Source: Nitrospirota bacterium (GTDB lineage Bacteria > UBA2233). Taken from it: a stretch of 64,000 nt of DNA. The stretch spans positions 3,037 through 67,036 of the forward strand of contig WOZJ01000071.1 of NCBI GenBank assembly GCA_011620345.1. Direction: 5' to 3'. Each line of letters starts with the position of its first letter. Position 1 is the stretch's first letter. Positions 36,343-44,108 of the stretch are shown here, piece after piece. The translations under genes and the position numbers were made by a program. The notes under the pieces are model-generated. The model did not search any database, was not told where the DNA came from, and saw nothing but the letters and a program-made list of their open reading frames with translations.

Positions 36343-37964
36343 GGTTGGAGGCTTGCCCATTTGAGAGGCCCGTCGGCTCCGCACGCCAAGAACACGACAC
36401 CCTTGAGATAGGGCGGCACGAGCGCGTAGGAGAGCCTGTAGAACACGGGAACAACCGGGCTTTCTTGCATTAGCAATTTTTCTGCGTGGACAAAGAGCGT
36501 CATGCGCTCGGCTTGATCTGAGCTCCGGCGCGCTTTTTCGATGAGCGCATCGTAGGCGGGATTCGAAAAGCCCGGGTCGTTGAACGGCGAGCCTGTCGTG
36601 AACAGGTCGAGAAACGTCATTGGATCGTCGTAATCTGCCCCCCAAAGCACGTTGGCCGCATCGTAATCCTTCGTTGCCACGCGCGCCAAACGGGTTTGAT
36701 AGGTGACGGGATCGAGGCTGACCTTGACCCCTAAGTGTTTTTGCCAGAAGAACTGGAGCACCTGCCCAAGCCTTCTTGCTTGAGGGGTATCGTCGATTAA
36801 AAGAGAGAACGTGAGCTCCTTTTGCCCTGATTCTTTGAGCCCTTCTTGGAACAGCGCCTTTGCTTCCTCGATACTTCTATCCTCGAACCAAACGCTCGTT
36901 TTGTACGGCCTGCTGGTCAATGGGTCGTAAAACACCCTGAAGCGTTCCCCAAAATGCGCTCGAAACGAGCGTCCTGGCCCGTCTCCCGAGATCGTCGGCG
37001 GGACAAACCCGTAGGCCGGGAGCGATTGCCGGTCAACGTTGGCACAGTAAGCCTGCCTGTCCAGAACAAGGCTCAACGCCTTGCGTATCTTTGGGTTTTG
37101 AAAGGCCTTGAGGTCTGGACGGTGCAAATTGAATACGATGTAGTCGGTAACGGCCTCAGGCCTGGGCTTGAGCCAAGGGTTTCCTGCGTAGCGGGGCAAA
37201 TGGACGGTAGGAACCTGGTAGATCAGGCTCAACGCACCCGTGTCGTACATCTGGACGAGCGTGTTCGGATCCTTGACGACGACGAACTCAGCCCCCTTTA
37301 AAAGCACGGCTTCTTTGTCCCAGTATCGCAGGTTTTTTTCCAACACGACCTTCGAGCCCTTCTTCCAGGCTGCGACGACAAAGGGCCCGTTGAACACGGT
37401 TCGCTCTGGGCTCGTCCCGTAGCTTTGGCCTAACGCTTCGAGCAAGTCCTGTCTAAGCGGCAAATATGCGGGGAAGGCCGTAAGCCAAAGAAAATAGGGC
37501 GTAGGCCGCTTTAGTAGGATCCTGAGTGTTCGCTCGCCTAGAACATCGACACGCTCCACCGTGTCGGTGACGATATAGGCGTACTGGGCGGCCGTTTTAG
37601 GGTCCATCACACGCCCTAAGGCGAAGGCGAAATCTTTCGCCATGACTGGAACGCCGTCGCTCCAAAGGGCATTTCTTAAAAAAAACGTGTAGGAGCGCTT
37701 GTCTTTCGAGACTTCGATCTTACTTGCAATCCCTGGAACGATCCGGCCGCCCGGCCCGACCCTGGTTAGCCCTTCGTAGATGTTCGTAAGCACCCGGAAC
37801 GTAACGGAATCCGTGGATAGCCCAGGGTCGAGGATGCGAATGTCGTCCCCTATCTCCGAAATGAGGACGCCTGGCCTGGGGGCTTCTGGTTGCGGTCCTC
37901 CATGACACCCAAAAAAAGGGGCCGAAAGAAGCAACCAGAACCAAGCCTTGGCACCAAAACGCAT
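36339..37964 (-). CDS. oppA: Oligopeptide ABC substrate-binding lipoprotein
   Basis: Lipobox-like FFGC, LDP, YEGL, WSDG, NGPF, WGADYDDPMTFL; ATG 37964 after AGGAAGG. Confidence 0.92.
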   Translation of the reverse strand: MRFGAKAWFWLLLSAPFFGCHGGPQPEAPRPGVLISEIGDDIRILDPGLSTDSVTFRVLTNIYEGLTRVGPGGRIVPGIASKIEVSKDKRSYTFFLRNALWSDGVPVMAKDFAFALGRVMDPKTAAQYAYIVTDTVERVDVLGERTLRILLKRPTPYFLWLTAFPAYLPLRQDLLEALGQSYGTSPERTVFNGPFVVAAWKKGSKVVLEKNLRYWDKEAVLLKGAEFVVVKDPNTLVQMYDTGALSLIYQVPTVHLPRYAGNPWLKPRPEAVTDYIVFNLHRPDLKAFQNPKIRKALSLVLDRQAYCANVDRQSLPAYGFVPPTISGDGPGRSFRAHFGERFRVFYDPLTSRPYKTSVWFEDRSIEEAKALFQEGLKESGQKELTFSLLIDDTPQARRLGQVLQFFWQKHLGVKVSLDPVTYQTRLARVATKDYDAANVLWGADYDDPMTFLDLFTTGSPFNDPGFSNPAYDALIEKARRSSDQAERMTLFVHAEKLLMQESPVVPVFYRLSYALVPPYLKGVVFLACGADGPLKWASLQP

Positions 37965-38082
37965 CGCTTGCCTTCCTAAAAGGAGGTATGTAACAATAGG
38001 CAACGAATATAACCAGCACAAGGGATGAAGCGCTTTGAGAACAGCACCCATTCCGACTAGAAATACCTTGATCCATGGGATA

Positions 38083-39537
38083 ATGTACCCTGTCGTCCTC
38101 CTGTGCGCAATCGTCTTGGTTCAAGCCCAAGCTTCTGCCCGCTCGTTTTACGAGCAAGGCTATCGCATGGCGAAGACGCTCTCTCCGGCGTATTCCACGC
38201 TCGCTTCCCAGCTCAAGGAGGAGGCGGAACCGGATGCATGGAGCAGGGCGATTGCAATGGCCCGGCGCCACGAAGCGACGCTTGCCCGTTACTTCCCAGA
38301 GCAGCTCGAAAGGCTAAGGGGCATGTCCACGGCTATCGGCACAAATCCAACGGAGACGATCGCCCTTTCGATGTTCTTGAACCGCGGACAGCAGTGTGCC
38401 CAGGGGGCGAGCGCCCCTCCGGCCACGAAAGACGGCCAGGTGTACTTGACATGGAACTTCGAGACGCTCACGGCAGCAAGGCCTTTATTCATCCTGCCTC
38501 TCTTTTCGATCGTCGAAAACCAAGAAGGCTATAAGTTTTGCTTTCTTGGCTTGCCGTATTTCTTCGGTGTTCCCTTGATGAACGAGAAGGGCCTTTCGCT
38601 GTCGGCCGCCTCGATGACGATAAACGAGGACGGGGAGGGCCTTACGCCCTTCGAGCTGGCCGTTTTGGTAATGGAAAGGGCCGCAAACGTGGATGAGGCC
38701 GTGGAGATTTCCAAAGCGATGCCCCGATACTCGACCTCTGACATCTACTGGGGCAACTGGATGAACTGGAGCTTCACCCTGGCCGATGCCCAGGAGAACG
38801 TGGCGACTATCGAGATGACAACCACGCTTTTCGAGGAGGTTCGCCCGAAAAACAAGATCGTTGCGCGTGCCAACCACTACGACTACCTGCCAGACGAGAT
38901 GACAACCTGTTATCCCCTGGCCCCGCAGTATTCCAAAGGCGAGGCCTCGGCCTGCTTCGGCTCAAGGATGCGGGCCTCGAGGATGTGGAGGCTTTTGGAG
39001 GACAACTACGGGAACATCGACTTGGAACTGGTCAAGACATTCCCCGCGGACACTAAAGGCGGGGAGCCGTTCATGGGCAGGCCCTCGGGCACATGGTGGA
39101 CGATCGAGCGGCACAGCCACACGTTGCCACGCGACCAGTCCGTCTGGAACGACGTCCCCTACAACCCCCAGGTCGATATAGATTACGTCATCGAGCAGTT
39201 CAACCTCGTCTACGAGCCCAAGCGGCGAGTGCTTTGGTGGTCTTCTGGCCATGCCTCCAGGGGGTACTTCACCCCGATATTTCTTGCCCCATGGTTTGGC
39301 GTGGAGGGCCCAACGATCGAGACCTACCAAGGACCCCAGAAGAACTACGCAAGGGTGCTGAACAGCTGGGTGAAGGTTTCAGACGAGTTTTTTGGGCTTG
39401 CGGAAGTTGTGCTTGGGCTTGGGGCCAGGACAGCCCAGCTTTTCGGGTATACGGCCGGCATTGAACCTAACGAGGGCTCGGTTGCATTGGGTGCCTTTAG
39501 GCCCTATGGAACCGAAACGCCAAGTGTTGCAGAATAA
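38083..39537 (+). CDS. Secreted C45-family (AAT / Ntn-hydrolase) autoproteolytic acyltransferase/amidase, paralogue 1
   Basis: Signal peptide; YEQG..ERLRGM pro-segment; QQCAQ...ATKDGQVYLTWNFE; MNEKGL; ARANHY; SRMRxxR. Confidence 0.8.
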   Translation: MYPVVLLCAIVLVQAQASARSFYEQGYRMAKTLSPAYSTLASQLKEEAEPDAWSRAIAMARRHEATLARYFPEQLERLRGMSTAIGTNPTETIALSMFLNRGQQCAQGASAPPATKDGQVYLTWNFETLTAARPLFILPLFSIVENQEGYKFCFLGLPYFFGVPLMNEKGLSLSAASMTINEDGEGLTPFELAVLVMERAANVDEAVEISKAMPRYSTSDIYWGNWMNWSFTLADAQENVATIEMTTTLFEEVRPKNKIVARANHYDYLPDEMTTCYPLAPQYSKGEASACFGSRMRASRMWRLLEDNYGNIDLELVKTFPADTKGGEPFMGRPSGTWWTIERHSHTLPRDQSVWNDVPYNPQVDIDYVIEQFNLVYEPKRRVLWWSSGHASRGYFTPIFLAPWFGVEGPTIETYQGPQKNYARVLNSWVKVSDEFFGLAEVVLGLGARTAQLFGYTAGIEPNEGSVALGAFRPYGTETPSVAE

Positions 39538-39550
39538 AAAAAGGGGGAGC

Positions 39551-40987
39551 ATGTACAGTATGCGGTTAATTTGCCGATACGGATGTTTTGCGGTGGGTCT
39601 GATTCTTGCCCTGGCGCACACAGGAAACGCCACCCCTTTCTTTGAAGAGGGTGTCACGCTAGGAAGGAGCTTCAAAGAGGCTTACCGTTCGTTCGCTGAA
39701 GATGCCAAGGCGTCGGGCTTAAACGAGCAGGCCTCGGCGCTTAGCCAGGGGCATATTCAAGACCTTGCCAGCTACTACCCGGAATACCTAGAAAGGCTTG
39801 AGGGTATTTCGGAGTCCTCCGGGGTTCCGACCGAAGATCTCGTAAAGGCCAGTTTCGTCTTGGCGTTAGGTCCAAAGTGTGCCCAGTCGGGTGCCGCCCC
39901 GCCCGCCACGAACGACGGCCAGGTGTATCTTTCCTGGAACTTCGAGTCCGCGCTTTTGGCCAGGCCGATCTTTTCGATTCCATTCTTTAGCGTGCTCGAG
40001 CCAAAAAACGGCTACAAGACGTTCTTTTGGGGCATTCCTTACCTGATCGGCGTCGCGATCATGAACGAAAAGGGGCTATCGCTCGCCGCCTCTGCCATGA
40101 ACTACGACGACGACGGGACGGGGCTTACCTCGTTCGAGCTTGCCAGCATGGCGATGGAGCGCTGCGCCACGATTCCCGAAGTGACCGAACTTTTGGGCTC
40201 GGTACCTCGGTTTTCCACCTCCGACCCAACATTCGGGGCGTCGATCAACTGGACGTTTTCGATGGCGGACGAGCAGGGTAACGTGGCCATGATAGAGTTC
40301 ACTCACAGCTATTTAAAGTGGGACTACGGCGAAAATGGGATTGTCGGGAGAGCCAACACCTACCAGCTCCTGCCTTTAGAGAAGACGACCTGCATATCAA
40401 CGTCGAAGTACTTCACGCCAGACATGGCGCTCGCTTGCTGGGGGGCGGATATGCGGGCCCTTAGGATGTGGGAATTGGTACGCACAAACTACGGCAACAT
40501 TGACCTGGAAGCGATGAAGCGTTTCACTGCGGACACAAACGGGGGAACGGATTTCCTTGGCAGGCCCGCCGGCTCTTGGTGGACGCCGGAGCGTCATGGC
40601 CAGACCTTGCCCGAGGACCTTGCCCGTTTCCAGGGCACGCCCTACATACCGATCATTATGGACTTCGGCTACGTGATTACCCATACGGTGTTCATCTACG
40701 AGCCCAAAAGAAAGATTATCTGGTGGACGCCAGGACATACCTCGAGAATCGGGCATATCCCCCTCTTCGCAGGTGAGCTGATGGGGGTCCAGGGAGCCGC
40801 CAGGATCGAGGATTACCAAGGACCGGCCCGCAACGCGGCTAGGGTCGTCCACTCTTTTTCCGGTGTGGCCCAAGCGTTGGGCGGCTCGATCGGGTTGATT
40901 GCAGGGCAGTTCTTCCAGGCAATCAACGGCAGGGATGTTTCGCCCGGCTATCCTGGCCTTTACTCGACCCAATTGGGGAGCCAGTAA
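39551..40987 (+). CDS. Secreted C45-family (AAT / Ntn-hydrolase) protein, paralogue 2
   Basis: Signal peptide; PKCAQ...ATNDGQVYLSWNFE; MNEKGL; colinear with the upstream paralogue; ATG 39551 after GGGGGAG. Confidence 0.8.
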   Translation: MYSMRLICRYGCFAVGLILALAHTGNATPFFEEGVTLGRSFKEAYRSFAEDAKASGLNEQASALSQGHIQDLASYYPEYLERLEGISESSGVPTEDLVKASFVLALGPKCAQSGAAPPATNDGQVYLSWNFESALLARPIFSIPFFSVLEPKNGYKTFFWGIPYLIGVAIMNEKGLSLAASAMNYDDDGTGLTSFELASMAMERCATIPEVTELLGSVPRFSTSDPTFGASINWTFSMADEQGNVAMIEFTHSYLKWDYGENGIVGRANTYQLLPLEKTTCISTSKYFTPDMALACWGADMRALRMWELVRTNYGNIDLEAMKRFTADTNGGTDFLGRPAGSWWTPERHGQTLPEDLARFQGTPYIPIIMDFGYVITHTVFIYEPKRKIIWWTPGHTSRIGHIPLFAGELMGVQGAARIEDYQGPARNAARVVHSFSGVAQALGGSIGLIAGQFFQAINGRDVSPGYPGLYSTQLGSQ

Positions 40988-40991
40988 CGGG

Positions 40992-41522
40992 TTGGAATAT
41001 CTAAGGCCCGCACGGTACGCGGACCTTGAGCTTTTGGCGCGCACCGGACGCGAAGACCCGGTGCGCGCCTTTTTCCTTGATTTTCGGGGCGATCTGGACC
41101 CTGCCCCTTTTTCGCGCCTCCGCGGAGCGTTTAGGGAAGAGCTTTTAAAGGGCAGCTCAAGCAGGCTGCTGGTTGTTCGAGCCGCATCTTCTCCGCTCCC
41201 AGAGGCCTTCGTGTTGGTTAGCTTTTTTGAGGGAATCGAAGGGGACTGCTTTCTAAAGGCCTTGCCTTGCATGGAGAACCTCGAAACCAAAGCCCTGCTA
41301 GACGGGCTAAAAGAGCTTTTAAATTATATTTTTCTATCAAGAAACCGCCACCGGGCCATGGCTCAATTCCTGGGCTGCGAAGAGCCCTTGCTTGGGCTGT
41401 TTGAGAAGCTAGGCTTTATTCAAGAGGGCAGAAGGCGCGAGGAGGTGTACGCCCGAGGGCGATTTTACGACGTCATCCCTCTTAGCATGACACAAAGCCG
41501 CTTTCTTGCTCAAAATTCATGA
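40992..41522 (+). CDS. RimJ/RimL-like GNAT-fold protein, divergent
   Basis: N-terminal YLRPARYADL; C-terminal FEKLGFIQEGRRREEVYARGRFYDV; TTG start just after the upstream stop. Confidence 0.7.
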   Translation: MEYLRPARYADLELLARTGREDPVRAFFLDFRGDLDPAPFSRLRGAFREELLKGSSSRLLVVRAASSPLPEAFVLVSFFEGIEGDCFLKALPCMENLETKALLDGLKELLNYIFLSRNRHRAMAQFLGCEEPLLGLFEKLGFIQEGRRREEVYARGRFYDVIPLSMTQSRFLAQNS

Positions 41523-42091
41523 GAACCGGAAAATTCGTCCTACTTCGAAAGCCAGAAGAGGATGACCTCGATTTCCTTCTGGCCGTCTTCCAGGATCCAG
41601 ACTATCGCCGCTTTATCGGAGGCGACCCCTTGGAGAGAGAAAAGCGGCTCAAGGACCAAATCCTCCGTGCGGCCCAGGGGCTTTTTTCTTACGATGCAAA
41701 CCTTTATGCGATCGTTTGCCGACTGAAAGACGGCCGCAGGGTTGGCTGCATATTTTTCAACAAGGTCTCCTGGCGAAACCGTAACGCGACGCTAGACGTG
41801 TTCTTTCTAAAGGAAGAACGCGCCACGATGGCCGTCATGGACGCCTACGTGGCGGCCATCGAATACGCATTTTTGGACTTGGGCCTCCATAAGGTGATCG
41901 GCTACGTCTACGCGTTCAACGAAAGGCTCGTCAAGATCCACAAAAAGCTGGGGATTCAGATCGAGCAGCGGCTGATCGAGCACGTCTACCGGGACGGGCG
42001 CTACCACGATGTCCTGGCCTTCGGGATGCTCGAGCCGGAGTTTCGTGAGCTTACGAAAAAGCCCTTCTACAAGTTCCTGCGCGGCGGATAA
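41519..42091 (+). CDS. RimJ/SpeG/PseH-like GNAT-fold protein
   Basis: VLLRKPEEDDL, SWRNRNA, YAFLDLGLHKV, FNER, HKKLG, DGRYHDV. Confidence 0.85.
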   Translation: MRTGKFVLLRKPEEDDLDFLLAVFQDPDYRRFIGGDPLEREKRLKDQILRAAQGLFSYDANLYAIVCRLKDGRRVGCIFFNKVSWRNRNATLDVFFLKEERATMAVMDAYVAAIEYAFLDLGLHKVIGYVYAFNERLVKIHKKLGIQIEQRLIEHVYRDGRYHDVLAFGMLEPEFRELTKKPFYKFLRGG

Positions 42092-43680
42092 TGGCCTACG
42101 AGGACCTCTACGTGTTTACGGTTGAGGAAGAACCCTTCGCGTTTCATACGAAAACGGCCTTCCTCGTGCAGCTGGACGCTCCGACGGCGAGGTTTTTAAA
42201 CCTTCGAGGTGACGCGAGTGCCTTCTTAGAAGAATTCCCCGGGCAGGTCTTGAACGAGTGCATGGGGGCACTCTCCGGTCTATACGAAGACGACCTTCTC
42301 CCAAAAGAGCTGGAGATTGAAGAGCGCAAGAGCCCTAAAAACCCCCGTTGGGTGCTGGATCTAGCGTCCATCCAAGACCCGCTCTTCGTGCTCGGTGCCA
42401 CCTTGAAGGCGACTGCCGCCTTAAGCCCAAGCCAAAGCGCCCCGCTTGTTGTTGGAATGAGCGCAAAAGAGAGGATCGCCTCTTATCCATCTAAGACCCC
42501 TGGCGTAGTTTTTGGTGTCCATGAGACAGAAGGAGTGTTTCGGTTTCCCTCGGGTTCAAACCCGATGGATGCCGTATTGTGTCTGGAAACATTCGAGCCT
42601 GCACTTATCCAGAGACTGTTTCGCGAGGGTACTGGTAGAGTCTGGTTGGATTGGGGGGGATGGATTCCAAGCCCCCCAAAAGGGCTCTTTGATGCCCTCG
42701 TTTCCCTTATGGGCTCTGTCTGGGAAGAAAACCCCAAAGCCATACTCGAGCCTTTATCCTCTTGGATCCGAGCCATGTACGAGGCCGTCCCCCCAGTTCA
42801 CCCCCCCTGGATAGGGGTCTTGCTGCCAGGCCAGGATAAATCCTTGAGCCTCAAGGCCTCGCCTCGCGCCCCCGAATCGACGTTTGTCAGTCTGCAAGAT
42901 GTCTTAGCCCTCTTAGGAGAGTCGGATACCTGCAAGCCCGTATGCAGGGCCTGCCCGATCCTAAAGCTTTGCCAAGGGGGGCATTGGGCGCCACGGCTGA
43001 AGAATGCGCAAGCCGGGTATCAAATCTCCCCTCCCGATCCAAAAGAGTGCGCCATTGCCTTCGATGTGTTCCGCGCCGCCGTCGCCCTGTACGACCGGCT
43101 AGAACGCGAAGGGCTTTTGGAAATCCAGGCAGGAGACGCGCCAACCAAGAAGATGGAACGTTTCGCCTGGGGGACGCACGCTCTAAGTGCTCGCTTAATC
43201 ACAGAAGAATCCTTCACCGAAGTGAGTCCTTTCCTTAAAAAAGCCTTTGACGACGGGATTTTCCTGGTTGAGCGATTTTTAGACCCCTCATGGAGAGAGG
43301 TTCAAAGGCTCCTTCAAGAAGATGAACCGAGGCGCAGGCTCGTTGTGCTAAGGAGCGGCGAGGGGGAGCCTTGCGGGTTTTTATGGGTTGCGGCGCTTGA
43401 GCAGGATTATAGGGCCGATGCATCGCTATGGCTCTCTGAGCACGCCTACGGGGTGCTTACGCCTTCTGTCCTAAAGGACTTCCTACGGGCGTTACTCAGG
43501 GACCTTGGCATAAGAAAGCTTAGCTTGTACGCCTTGACGGGGCATGCTAGGCTTGAAAGGTTGCTCGAGAACGCCGGAGCGGTACATGAAGGGGTGCTCC
43601 GTGAAGCCGCGTTTCTCGAAGGCGGCTTCCGGGACGTTGCCGTTTACGCATGCCTCGAGAAAAAACTTGTAACAAAGTAG
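42091..43680 (+). CDS. Fusion: RRE-like N-terminus + degenerate radical-SAM core + SPASM remnant + C-terminal GNAT
   Basis: N-terminus resembles QhpD/CteB RRE; no CxxxCxxC; CRACPILKLCQGGH-x21-C; C-terminal LGIRKL...GAVHEGVLRE...GGFRDV. Confidence 0.65.
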   Translation: MAYEDLYVFTVEEEPFAFHTKTAFLVQLDAPTARFLNLRGDASAFLEEFPGQVLNECMGALSGLYEDDLLPKELEIEERKSPKNPRWVLDLASIQDPLFVLGATLKATAALSPSQSAPLVVGMSAKERIASYPSKTPGVVFGVHETEGVFRFPSGSNPMDAVLCLETFEPALIQRLFREGTGRVWLDWGGWIPSPPKGLFDALVSLMGSVWEENPKAILEPLSSWIRAMYEAVPPVHPPWIGVLLPGQDKSLSLKASPRAPESTFVSLQDVLALLGESDTCKPVCRACPILKLCQGGHWAPRLKNAQAGYQISPPDPKECAIAFDVFRAAVALYDRLEREGLLEIQAGDAPTKKMERFAWGTHALSARLITEESFTEVSPFLKKAFDDGIFLVERFLDPSWREVQRLLQEDEPRRRLVVLRSGEGEPCGFLWVAALEQDYRADASLWLSEHAYGVLTPSVLKDFLRALLRDLGIRKLSLYALTGHARLERLLENAGAVHEGVLREAAFLEGGFRDVAVYACLEKKLVTK

Positions 43681-44108
43681 CGTGTACAGTGCATTACAGG
43701 AAAGAAGAGCTTAAGTTTGCCGATAACGAGCAGCGGGTCGTCGCGGTTCATGAGCATCTCGTGGGCCTTGTGACGCAAGCGAGAAAAGCCCTGGAAAACA
43801 AAGAGCCACAAAGGCTCAAGAAGCTCCTCGATGCCGCGATGGATGCAGTGGCGACTCTCGACATGCACCTGGATTTCCGGTCAAATCCGGCGTTTGCTGC
43901 TGCGATCCGTCGCTGGTACGCGTTTTGGACGCTTTGCATGATGGATGCACGCCAGGCGGAGGGCGAAAGCACAGCGGCCACCTTGCAAGAGCTCGAAGAT
44001 TCTCTGAAGGAGTTCGTTCTCTCGCTTCGTGACGGCATGGTGCTTCGCAACGCTCCCGTCCCAGAGCAAAAAGGCTCGCAAAAAGGCGGTGTGTCGTTTA
44101 ACGCCTAG
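43650..44108 (+). CDS. fliS: FliS-like flagellin chaperone, orphan and divergent
   Basis: Four-helix pattern ARKALE...AMDAVATLDMHLDF...AAAIRRWYAF matches FliS A.dIi.eL...Ld....A.nL..LY.y; start may be GTG 43689. Confidence 0.6.
   Translation: MPREKTCNKVACTVHYRKEELKFADNEQRVVAVHEHLVGLVTQARKALENKEPQRLKKLLDAAMDAVATLDMHLDFRSNPAFAAAIRRWYAFWTLCMMDARQAEGESTAATLQELEDSLKEFVLSLRDGMVLRNAPVPEQKGSQKGGVSFNA

Noticed and set aside
38025-38060. Mini-ORF MKRFENSTHSD as precursor peptide for the RRE protein
   Set aside because: Only 11 aa, poorly spaced RBS, no leader/core features; no convincing precursor was found in the window
37965-38082. Apparent head-to-head overlap of the oppA and C45 ORFs
   Set aside because: Artefact of longest-ORF starts; signal peptides and RBS place the starts at 37964 and 38083
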